Source: an uncultured Chloroflexia bacterium
Lineage (GTDB): Bacteria > Chloroflexota > Dehalococcoidia > GIF9 > UBA5629
Reading direction: 5' to 3'
DNA length: 64,000 nucleotides
NCBI GenBank assembly: GCA_963784375.1
Contig: CAWAQY010000001.1
Span: forward strand, 12,486-76,485
How positions within the stretch are numbered: position 1 is the stretch's first letter; every line of letters begins with the position of its first letter. A program made the position numbers and the translations under genes. Positions 42,887 through 51,400 of this stretch are shown here, piece after piece. Below the pieces are notes generated by a model. It ran no database searches. It was not told the DNA's origin and saw only the letters and a program-made list of their open reading frames with translations.

Positions 42887-43570
42887 ATGGTTGAAACTCC
42901 GCAGACTATCAGGTTAATAATCGCTGACCAGCAAGCTCTGTTTCGTCAGGGCGTGAGTACCATTTTGAAACAAAACACCAGCATAGACATTGTCAATCAG
43001 GCCGGCTCAGAGCAAGAACTGATGACAATTTTAAATACTGTTTCTCCTGATGTATTGCTGATGGACATTAATTTATCACCTACCGAGAAACAGAACCTTG
43101 CCAAAACAGTGAAACAACTTTTCCCCAGCATAGCAATAATACTGCTGACTCCAAAACTTGATGACGATGAACTTTTTCAGGCAATTAAATCCAGAGCCTC
43201 CGGTTACCTGAGCAGGAACGTATCGGCTGATGAGTTAGTTTCCTCGATTCTCAGGGCAGCCAGGGGAGAGCATCCCATAAATGACAATTTCGTTTCCCAC
43301 CCAACTGTAGCCGATAAAGTATTAAAGCAATTTCAAGACTTTTCCTGGGGAAAAGGGGCTGAGGCTTATGTGTCACCGCTTACACCACGGGAAACTGAGA
43401 TTCTTACTCATATGGCACACGGCAATCTCAACAAACAAATTGCCTCAATGCTCAATATCAGCGAACAAACAATCAAGAATCACATTACCTCAATACTTCG
43501 TAAACTTGATGCAAATGCCCGAACCCAGGCGGTGGTAACCGCTATCAAATTGGGACTGATCAAATTATAA
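42887..43570 (+). CDS. LuxR/NarL-type regulator with an atypical receiver domain (ORF extends to 42812)
   Basis: 'IRLIIADQQALFRQG...DVLLMDINL...IILLTP...GYLSRN' has only one acidic-pocket Asp, and the conserved Lys position is Arg. HTH: 'LTPRETEILTHMAHGNLNKQIASMLNISEQTIKNHITSILRKL'. TTGACA (42842) and TATAAT (42863) lie inside the long ORF version. Confidence 0.8.
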   Translation: MVETPQTIRLIIADQQALFRQGVSTILKQNTSIDIVNQAGSEQELMTILNTVSPDVLLMDINLSPTEKQNLAKTVKQLFPSIAIILLTPKLDDDELFQAIKSRASGYLSRNVSADELVSSILRAARGEHPINDNFVSHPTVADKVLKQFQDFSWGKGAEAYVSPLTPRETEILTHMAHGNLNKQIASMLNISEQTIKNHITSILRKLDANARTQAVVTAIKLGLIKL

Positions 43571-43744
43571 GCCGCCGGTAATATCCAGTCGCTCAGCAAT
43601 TCCCCGATTCCTACAGCTCAACTGTTCAACTATAATCCTCCTGCTATCTTAATTCGTTTATATTGCATGTCCGGGATAACCAATGACAATGCATATTTGT
43701 TTATTCCTAAAACTCCAAAACACAATATATAGATGTTACATCCG

Positions 43745-43773
43745 TTGACAATACTACAGCTAGGTGTCATAAT
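43745..43773 (+). promoter_or_regulatory. sigma-70-type promoter for the second surface-propeller gene
   Basis: TTGACA (43745-43750), a 17-nt spacer, then CATAAT (43768-43773). Confidence 0.45.
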
Positions 43774-43846
43774 GTGTTCAATCGTAAAGGAACCTGAGAC
43801 TAAGCTAAAAGGAGGGTTTAAGGGCTGGAACTAAGTTGGTAGTAAA

Positions 43847-46800
43847 GTGAGAATTAGCATCCAAAAAGCAGCGATTTTTAACATTATCAGCTTGATACTG
43901 GTGGTGTTATTTTTGTTTTTTACATTCCCGTTTTCTGATTATAAACCTGCCTTCGCCTCATTTCCCCCTTCGATATTGAAGTGGTCCGTCGTTGATACCC
44001 CCAGTCCTGAGGGCAACGTCATAAGGAGTAGTTACGGACACAAATTCTGAAATCAATCGCATCGCTTTCGGACCAAATGACACTGTAATGTTTGCTGTAG
44101 ATGTCCCCTCCGTCAATGCACCGCTAGTAAATAGTATGTATAAATTGTACAAATCGAACAACAGCGGGGTCACCTGGGATAACTTACTGAAGGATCCGGT
44201 CAAAGACTCGCCTCTATTTATCGCTGGAGCTAAATTCCCAATCTGGGACATAGCAGTAGCCCCAGACGACAGTAATTTTGTCGTCGTGATTACCGATGGC
44301 TCGGGTGTCCCGCCACCTCCACCACCACCATCCTCCCTTCCAAGCGGTCCCAAAAATGTGTTTATCTCGGCAGACGGAGGACAAAACTGGGAAAATGCAA
44401 ACTTAGCGGGCCTTGGACCAAATGATTTTATCAGCTGCCTGGCAATTTCACCTCTTTATGACATCGATAAACGCTATATTGCAATTGGTACCAGGGAAGG
44501 TACTTCCCCCCTTGGAGGTAATGGAAAGGTTTTTACTTTCAAAGCTCCTGGACCCAGCGCATGGGTAAATCAGACAATTCTACCTTCAACCGGGTGGGTG
44601 TCCGGCGATGTTGTAGCCCTTAAATTTTCACCATCATATACGATAGACTATACTATCATAGCAGTATTCGCTTCTTCGTCTCCCGCACCTGCAGGTGGTT
44701 TATTCCTCACTACTGGCACTCACGATGTGATCAGCAATCGTACCCAATGGAAAATCGGTCCCGGTTACCCTGTAAAAATAACCACATCCGATGGCAAGTC
44801 CCCAGATCACAATCAAATTATCACTGCAGACCTGGAGTTGCCGGCAGACTTTTTTGGTTCAGACCCGGGCACCTTACGGCGTAGTTTTGTCAGCTTCGAC
44901 GCGCTGACAATGCCCGTTGCAGGTACATACTTTAGCGGTGTTTATCGAGTCGATGATGTTAATGTATTTCAATTAATGTATAACAGTTCTTTACCCGCGT
45001 CCCCATCCAGGCGAATCTCCAGCATCGCTTATTATGGAACCTTTGCAATAGGTAAACTGATTGCTGGCGAAACTACCACCAATCTTACACGGGGAAAGGT
45101 AGACATCTGGCTTTGTTCGGATCCCTTTACCGTAAGTCCTCCTCCGGCCTGGACTATTTCCGATGTCATAAAATCGCCTACTGGAGGCGGAAATTCGGCA
45201 TTTGCATATGGATTCGCCAATGCTTTCCTTATGTGGAGCGCGGATGGCGTCAGAGTATACTGCGGGACCAGCTCTGCTAATCTTATAAACGGAGGGACTT
45301 CCTGGGCGGTAGGCAGTTGGCCAAATGGATTGCTCACAGGTTTTCAACGTAATGATGAATCAGCTTTTTCTATAAGCAGGGATAATGGAGTCAGCTGGAA
45401 CCAGCTCAGTCTCATCGATACTGAGATAACCCGTCTCTCCGATGTCGCTGTCATCGAAGCACCGGAAAACTCTCTCGACTACGGTGTACTGTATCTGGCG
45501 TCAATAAACTCCCCACCTCTTCCACCACAACCCAACAATTTCGATAGCATCTGGCGCAGCATCCGCGATCCACTGGGACAGCGCTGGGAGAGAATCTGGT
45601 GTGGGCTGGCTGCAAACAATGACCTGATCGTCCGCATTAACCCCAGGGTTACCGAAATTGCTCTACAAGCTGCACTTCCGGATCAGGCCAGGAGCAGGGC
45701 GATCGTCATTGCCGACCGAACTACCGCCAATATATGGTACTCACTAGATGAAGGTCAAAACTGGCAGGTGCCTTACCCCAACTTTCCCATAACTGATCTC
45801 AGCCTCTCCAGCGACACCTCTCTGTTTATTCTCAGCGATACCTATGTAGTCAGAGGGAGCTATGATATGGCCACATGGAAATGGGGTGCTAAGATAAACA
45901 CCGGGCTTTCGAGCGGCCATACTATTACCACTCCTTTGAAAAATCCCAATGGCAAAAACAATCTCGAAGATTGGGTGCTCGTTGGATCTGCATTTATAGG
46001 TGAAGTATCCTGGGCTGATTTTTCACAGGTACCCGTCAAATTCTCACCCTCACCCGAGCAAATTGTACGCACTCCGGTACAGGGAGACGTACATATTATC
46101 GCCGATGAGCAATTCGACGCCAACAAAATAATTTATGCCGCTGTTAAAGGCGGGAAAATTTATCGTTGGGTGATTGGAAGTAGTTCCGCCTGGGACGACC
46201 TTCAGCCGCCCGATAATGACTTCTATGGAGTTGAGCAAAAAAAAGGCGCTCTCTACGGAAGTTATAATACTCCAATACTACCGAACACAAAGCCTGGTGT
46301 TGATCGCGCCCTCTATCCACGCGAACCCATACCGCCAGTGCCGGAATGGGATCCCTTAGCCGTAGGAATTTCTTCTCCACCCGTTTTCACCAGGGAACCT
46401 ACGTCATTAAAAGCATCGTCGAATGCTGACAACGATCTATGGGCTATAGACAATCAAACCTTCGACTGGGCTGCCAAAAAGGGCTGTCTCTGGATTTTCA
46501 CCGATACCCTGGCCAAACATGGCCCCTGGACAACTGCTCCCGCCAGCAATGATGTCATTCCTGCTGATCCTGTGACCGGAAGGGCAAACGAAGTTAATTT
46601 CCTCTGGCGACAGTTAAGCTACACCACAGGGTATGAATTGCAAATCTCCAAAGACGAAAAATTTATTTTACAGGTTCTCGATAAGGCGAATATTGTGCCC
46701 TCAAACTCCGTTGCTCCTGGGTGGATTTTATTCCCGGGACTGCTTGAAGCAAGCCACAAGTATTACTGGCGGGTGCGGGTAAGTTCATCTTATACCGGAG

Positions 46801-47309
46801 AAAGCATTCGCAGCCCCTGGTCAGCTACGATGTATTTCACCGTCATGGCAGGTTTTCCAGTAACAGCCAGACATCTTGGTCCTACCTTGCTTCAGCCTCC
46901 CAATCAATGTACCTCATGCGGGCCTTCGCCATCATTTTCCTGGTCGCCGATGTTTATGACTACAAGTTACGAATTTATACTGGCACGGGACCCCGCCTTA
47001 ACTCAGGTGATAGAAAAAGTTACTGTACCTACCCCTGCCTATCAATATCAGGATAAGCTCGAAAAGGGTACCTACTATTGGCGGGTAAATGCTCTTAAAC
47101 CCATGATCAGCGAACCCAGCCCGGTCGGTAATTTTACCGTCACTGATACCACTAATCCCTTAGCATTGCTGTTCCCCGAGATTTCGGAATCGACCTCAAT
47201 GTTGGTCTGGATAGGAATCGGGATATATACTGCCTTCGCTCTCAGCATGCTGGCATTAATAATGAAGACTCGTTACTCTAACAGAAAAGAAAGGGAAACT
47301 GAAGACTAA
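43847..47309 (+). CDS. large cell-surface protein, paralogue of 7905..11187 (signal/TM, Asp-box beta-propeller, two FN3-like domains, C-terminal TM); one frameshift near 44,025
   Basis: 'LKWSVVDTP' corresponds to 'LKWTRIDTP' in the paralogue. Asp boxes: 'SNNSGVTW', 'SADGGQNW', 'SRDNGVSW', 'SLDEGQNW'. FN3-like motifs: 'HKYYWRVRV', 'GTYYWRVNA'. TM segment: 'MLVWIGIGIYTAFALSMLALIM'. Confidence 0.8.
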
Positions 47310-47420
47310 ACCGTGGAGCCCTCGAAAGGAGTCGAACATCAGCGGCTGTTTTTCTCCTCATTTTTCAGCTTCCTCATTCTCCCTGCCTACAGCCATTTCA
47401 AAGGGAACGGTATAAAATAT

Positions 47421-48159
47421 CTACAGAGTAATAGATGTTCCATCGGTAGCCGCAATGGTATTTTCGAATATTTTTCTTGCCGCTGCTTCGGCCTCTTTTC
47501 GCTCTTCAATTGATTTATAGAGCTCGGCATCGAAATGAAACAATACGAGCTGCTTCACATTTGCCCTGATGGCTAGTTCAGCTGCTTCCTGGGGATTTGT
47601 ATGCGGCCATTTATCATAGTATTGTCCCGGTTTTGATGCGCATTCATGAATTAAAATATCGGCATCCTTGGATAGCTCTAAGCTATTATCGCAAATGCCA
47701 GTATCGGTACAATATGCGATAGTTTTCCCCTCTAAATTTATCCTGTAACCGAGACAAGGGTCGGAGTGTAGCAGGAACTTACAGGTGACAGCGAAGGGAA
47801 GTTTGTTGGAACCTTCCCGAGAGTTCGTTGATCTTTATTATAGTTGCCAAATCGCTCAGCGGAACGGTGAATGGATGCTGAATGAACTGATTTAATATGC
47901 TCCTGGTACCTTTTTGCCCGTAAACATTTATCCCTTGCTTAAATCGAAACTTACTGAGAATATGAAATCCAAAAATATGCTCTAAATGGAAATGACTTAA
48001 AAAAAGATAAATGGGTTTGTCCGAGGTAATATAACTATCCAGTTTATACATGCCATCGCCGGCATCAAAGATTATGTAATACTCTTCTGAGTCTACTAAG
48101 TACACAGGGAGTGTTGCCTGTTGGGGTACTGTACCATCCATTCGTGCCCAGAAAGACAA
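47421..48159 (-). CDS. MBL-fold hydrolase (RNase Z / phosphodiesterase-like); one frameshift near 47,780
   Basis: 'IIFDAGDGMYKL', 'LFLSHFHLEHIFG'. C-terminal half: 'IAYCTDTGICDNS...ILIHECA...VLFHFD', ending 'AATDGTSITL*'. Confidence 0.75.
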
Positions 48160-48355
48160 TTTTCATTTTTGCTCCCTTTTAAATTGCCATTAGCGGTTAG
48201 CTGCTCGGGATGAAAACTCAGGACAACGTGCACCTATTAAATATTTGGCTACGTCTGACTATGCAACATTCAAAAACCATCAGGCACCAGATATGCCAAT
48301 TTCCTTCATCTGTGTGCTGTCCGCAAATTATTGTTCATGACTAGCTTTCGGTACG

Positions 48356-49150
48356 TTAAGGATTTTTGAACAGTCCCTTCTCCAGGTCTGAAAGTACATC
48401 AAATTCTTCCTTACGTACCCAGACTAATTCATCCTCACCGATCCCACGCAGCGCCACACACTTTAGTACATATTTCACAGCTGTTTCGGCAGGCATGTAT
48501 TTCTCAACATCAAAACCTCGCCGGGAAAAGCAGAATGTGAGTGCACTGAGTTTCTGTAATCTTGCTGCAATATTTATGCAGGGACCAACATAATCATCAC
48601 CATTTCCCACAGAGACCACGGTACCTCGTGATATACCACATCTTAAAACCTTCGGCGGATGGGCTACCAGCCTTTTAATTATGGGATAGAATTCTGCTTT
48701 ATAGGTAGCACAGATTTCCCAAAGTGAGGTAACAACATTACAAATCTCGGCTCCACCCATGTTTTTGGTGTCCCAGAGAAATAAAACCCCGTCTCCCAGG
48801 AACTTTGCCAGAAACGGTAAGCTGGCCCATAATACTTTTTTCTCTTCACTACTCTCTTTAAGCAGCCCCTTTTTAATTTCACTGAATAGCCAGTCGAGGA
48901 AGCGGCTGAGATATTCGGGAACTGCCAGATGCGGATCTACTTGACTGGAAAAAGTGGTGAATCCGGATAGGTCAAATATAGCGGCAAGCGATTCTACCTT
49001 GGTGGACGGTAAGCTGACATCTCCAAGATCCAGGGCATCAGGATTAAACCTATCGAACTGCTCATTGCTCATGGTCACCAGTTTAATAAACTTACGCCCA
49101 TCCTCTAACGGTATGTTTTCGTATTGTTCCTGCAAGTTGATTTTCGCCAT
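48356..49150 (-). CDS. stand-alone class III nucleotidyl-cyclase-homology-domain protein
   Basis: 'AAIFDLSGFTTF' aligns with the F-x-D-I-x-G-F-T motif. 'AKFLGDGVLFLW' aligns with K-x-x-G-D. 'LRCGISRGTVVSVG..DDYVGPCINIAARLQ' aligns with R-x-G-I-H-x-G-x-V...G-x-x-V-N-x-A-x-R-x-E. Confidence 0.6.
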   Translation of the reverse strand: MAKINLQEQYENIPLEDGRKFIKLVTMSNEQFDRFNPDALDLGDVSLPSTKVESLAAIFDLSGFTTFSSQVDPHLAVPEYLSRFLDWLFSEIKKGLLKESSEEKKVLWASLPFLAKFLGDGVLFLWDTKNMGGAEICNVVTSLWEICATYKAEFYPIIKRLVAHPPKVLRCGISRGTVVSVGNGDDYVGPCINIAARLQKLSALTFCFSRRGFDVEKYMPAETAVKYVLKCVALRGIGEDELVWVRKEEFDVLSDLEKGLFKNP

Positions 49151-49461
49151 TCTTGACCTCCGTTCCCGGGTTCACATTCTTATATCAAAAGAATAGATCG
49201 ATTCCCCCCCGTTGCACCTGCGAAGTCCGAAACTTTAATTGTAGATACATTGCTGCATCCGCTTGCTACCATCTTGAGAGCCATCGGAAATCGAAATCAG
49301 GCATATTGGACTTCACCACTACCGCTGTAAATAATCCGGAGCACAGGGGCATAGACAAAATGAGAGTATTATCGAGTAGTGTTCAGAAACAGTTTCTTGT
49401 AAAATCTATACCCTTGCCGGAAAGCTATAAACCGCCGATTTATCATCACCAGAATTCATCC

Positions 49462-50151
49462 CTACCGGACCAAATAACTCAGGCCGATACTCATACAAAC
49501 CGCGGCAACCACGGATATAACCAGCATTATTATAGAATAAACGAGAAACTGCCTTGAAGCGATTATTTTCTGCGTAACAATCCTGGGGATAGATTCCTCT
49601 GCCGCCTGCTGCAAAGATTGTTCAACTTTTACCAGAGCTTCTTCCAAACTATGCTCGGATGCTTTTCTCACCACTTCAACCTTTTTCAAAGCATCCTGCG
49701 ATGCTGTCATGGTAATCTCTTCAACTTTTTTAGCCTCCCTAACCGCAGCTTCCGTCTTCATCGAAACTTCGGCAAGTGCCTCCTCCGACATTTTCCTCGC
49801 TTCTCTCACTTTCCTGGTAGCTTCCTCTGAGACCGTCATGGCAACCTCTTCGGCCTTTTTGGTTTCTCTGATTGCATCATCAACTTTCCTGGAAACTGCG
49901 GCTGCCAGCTCCTCAAATGCTTTCGTGGCCACGGCCGCCGCCTCTCTTGCTGCAACTGTTGCTTCGTGAGCCATTCTGGTAGCTTCTTTTGCTGATAAAG
50001 TAGCAGATTCCTCAGCAACTTTGGCTTCTTTGGCCGCTTTCTCTGCTGCTACTATATTGTTCTCCATCTCATCCAGAATCTCAGGGAGGGGCCTGGTTAA
50101 TATTTTAGACCCTCCATTATTTTTATGCAGTGAAACATTTACATCAGCCAT
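49462..50151 (-). CDS. tail-anchored Ala/Glu/Lys-rich coiled-coil protein (function unknown)
   Basis: The N-terminal box 'ILTRPLPEILDEMEN' is shared with 50406..51254. There are ~42-aa internal repeats ('AIRETKKAEEVAMTVSEEATRKVREARKMSEEALAEV...' and 'AVREAKKVEEITMTASQDALKKVEVVRKASEHSLEEAL'). C-terminal TM: 'FLVYSIIMLVISVVAAVCMSIGLSYLV'. Confidence 0.6.
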   Translation of the reverse strand: MADVNVSLHKNNGGSKILTRPLPEILDEMENNIVAAEKAAKEAKVAEESATLSAKEATRMAHEATVAAREAAAVATKAFEELAAAVSRKVDDAIRETKKAEEVAMTVSEEATRKVREARKMSEEALAEVSMKTEAAVREAKKVEEITMTASQDALKKVEVVRKASEHSLEEALVKVEQSLQQAAEESIPRIVTQKIIASRQFLVYSIIMLVISVVAAVCMSIGLSYLVR

Positions 50152-50405
50152 TTTTTACCCCCATTGTTTTCAGTTGGTCCACGATCAGTATCCAGTCTCC
50201 ACTACAATATTTCCCCGATAATAAGCCTTATTTTAACTATACCGGTTTGATTTTGAATAACGTAATATCGCCGATGTTAAATACAGCCTTTCTATTTGAA
50301 ATCTTCCCAAGGTTCCTTATCTAAAGCTAATTATATATTGTTGATATAGCTGATGCAATTAATTATAATACAATTCACGAACGGAAAATAACCGGATGGA
50401 GGGCG

Positions 50406-51254
50406 ATGTTTATGGCTACAAGTGAAACCAGGAAAATCATGACCAAGCCCCTTCCCGAAATATTGGATGAGATTGAGGGAAGTATCGGCTTAGCCGATGA
50501 AGCGGCAAAAATTGCCAGAGAGGCTGCGGTAGAAGCCCGCAAGGCCGGAGAGAAGGCTGTTGAAGAAGCTACCAAAAATGTGAGTAAACGCATCGTCGAA
50601 ATTGAAAAAACTATCGAAAAAAGCACGGTAGAAACCAATAAACATTTTGCCAGGATTGAAGAAACTATTAAACAAGCCTCCATAGGAACCGGTGAACATT
50701 TTGCCACTATCGAAGAAGCTGTCGAAAAAAACATTGTAGAAACCAATGAACATTTTGCCAGGGTTGAAGACATTATTAAACAAGCCTCCATAGAAACCGA
50801 TGAACATTTTGCCACTATCGAAGAAACTGTGGAAAAAAGCACTGTTGAAACCAATAAACATTTTGCCGCTCTCGAAGAAACTGTGGAAAAAAGCACTGTT
50901 GAAACCAATAAACATTTTGCCAGGGTTAAAGAAACTACTAATGAACATTTTGCCAGGATTGAAGAAACTAGTAATGAACATTTTGCCACTCTCGAAGAAA
51001 CAATTGAAAAAGGCAATATCGATATCAATGAACATTTTGCCAGGGTTGAAGAGGCTATAAAACTGGCAAATGAACATATCGTCAAAGTTGAACAAATAGC
51101 AACGAATGCTTTGCAGCTCACTGAATTGTTAAAGTCAGCAGTTTTAGACGGAGTTCTTGCGGTAGATAAGAGAATTTCAGAGAAGACTCCAAACGAAACG
51201 AATACTCCCAAATCAGACATTAAAAGTGCACCGAAACGTAAAAAGCACAGGTAA
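50406..51254 (+). CDS. soluble coiled-coil repeat protein with nine (E/K)HFA-x-(I/L/V)-EE units (function unknown); start at 50406 or 50412
   Basis: The N-terminal box 'IMTKPLPEILDEIEG' is paralogous to 49462..50151. Repeats include 'TNKHFARIEE', 'GEHFATIEE', 'TNEHFARVED' and so on. The C-terminus is basic: 'KSAPKRKKHR'. The RBS GGAGGG is present. Confidence 0.65.
   Translation: MFMATSETRKIMTKPLPEILDEIEGSIGLADEAAKIAREAAVEARKAGEKAVEEATKNVSKRIVEIEKTIEKSTVETNKHFARIEETIKQASIGTGEHFATIEEAVEKNIVETNEHFARVEDIIKQASIETDEHFATIEETVEKSTVETNKHFAALEETVEKSTVETNKHFARVKETTNEHFARIEETSNEHFATLEETIEKGNIDINEHFARVEEAIKLANEHIVKVEQIATNALQLTELLKSAVLDGVLAVDKRISEKTPNETNTPKSDIKSAPKRKKHR
50628..51101 (+). repeat. in-frame tandem DNA repeat (2 x 108 nt followed by 54/42/33-nt derivative units) inside CDS 50406..51254
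   Basis: The core 'AA(T/C)(A/G)AACATTTTGCC' recurs nine times. The first two 108-nt units are nearly identical. Confidence 0.85.
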
Positions 51255-51268
51255 TAGTTTCTCAGGTT

Positions 51269-51296
51269 CATTGTATATCGCAGACGATATACAATG
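51269..51296. terminator. perfect 12-bp stem hairpin between convergent genes (possible bidirectional terminator, no U-tract)
   Basis: CATTGTATATCG (51269-51280), loop CAGA, then CGATATACAATG (51285-51296). Confidence 0.45.
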
Positions 51297-51400
51297 AGCA
51301 TAGTCGCCCAGAACACACACCCACCAGGAAAATCCTGACCTCCAGAAATTATTCTTCTTATAATTGCATTAGCCTCAGGGGCATTAATAAAACGGAGATA

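Noticed and set aside
50375-51316. ORFs of 313 aa and 201 aa antisense to, or off-frame in, the repeat gene (50375..51316 -, 50490..51095 -, 50800..51060 +).
   Set aside because: They exist only because the tandem repeat lacks stop codons in several frames. They have no RBS or start context. Their periodic translations mirror the repeat. The sense frame has an RBS and an N-terminal box paralogous to the neighbouring gene.
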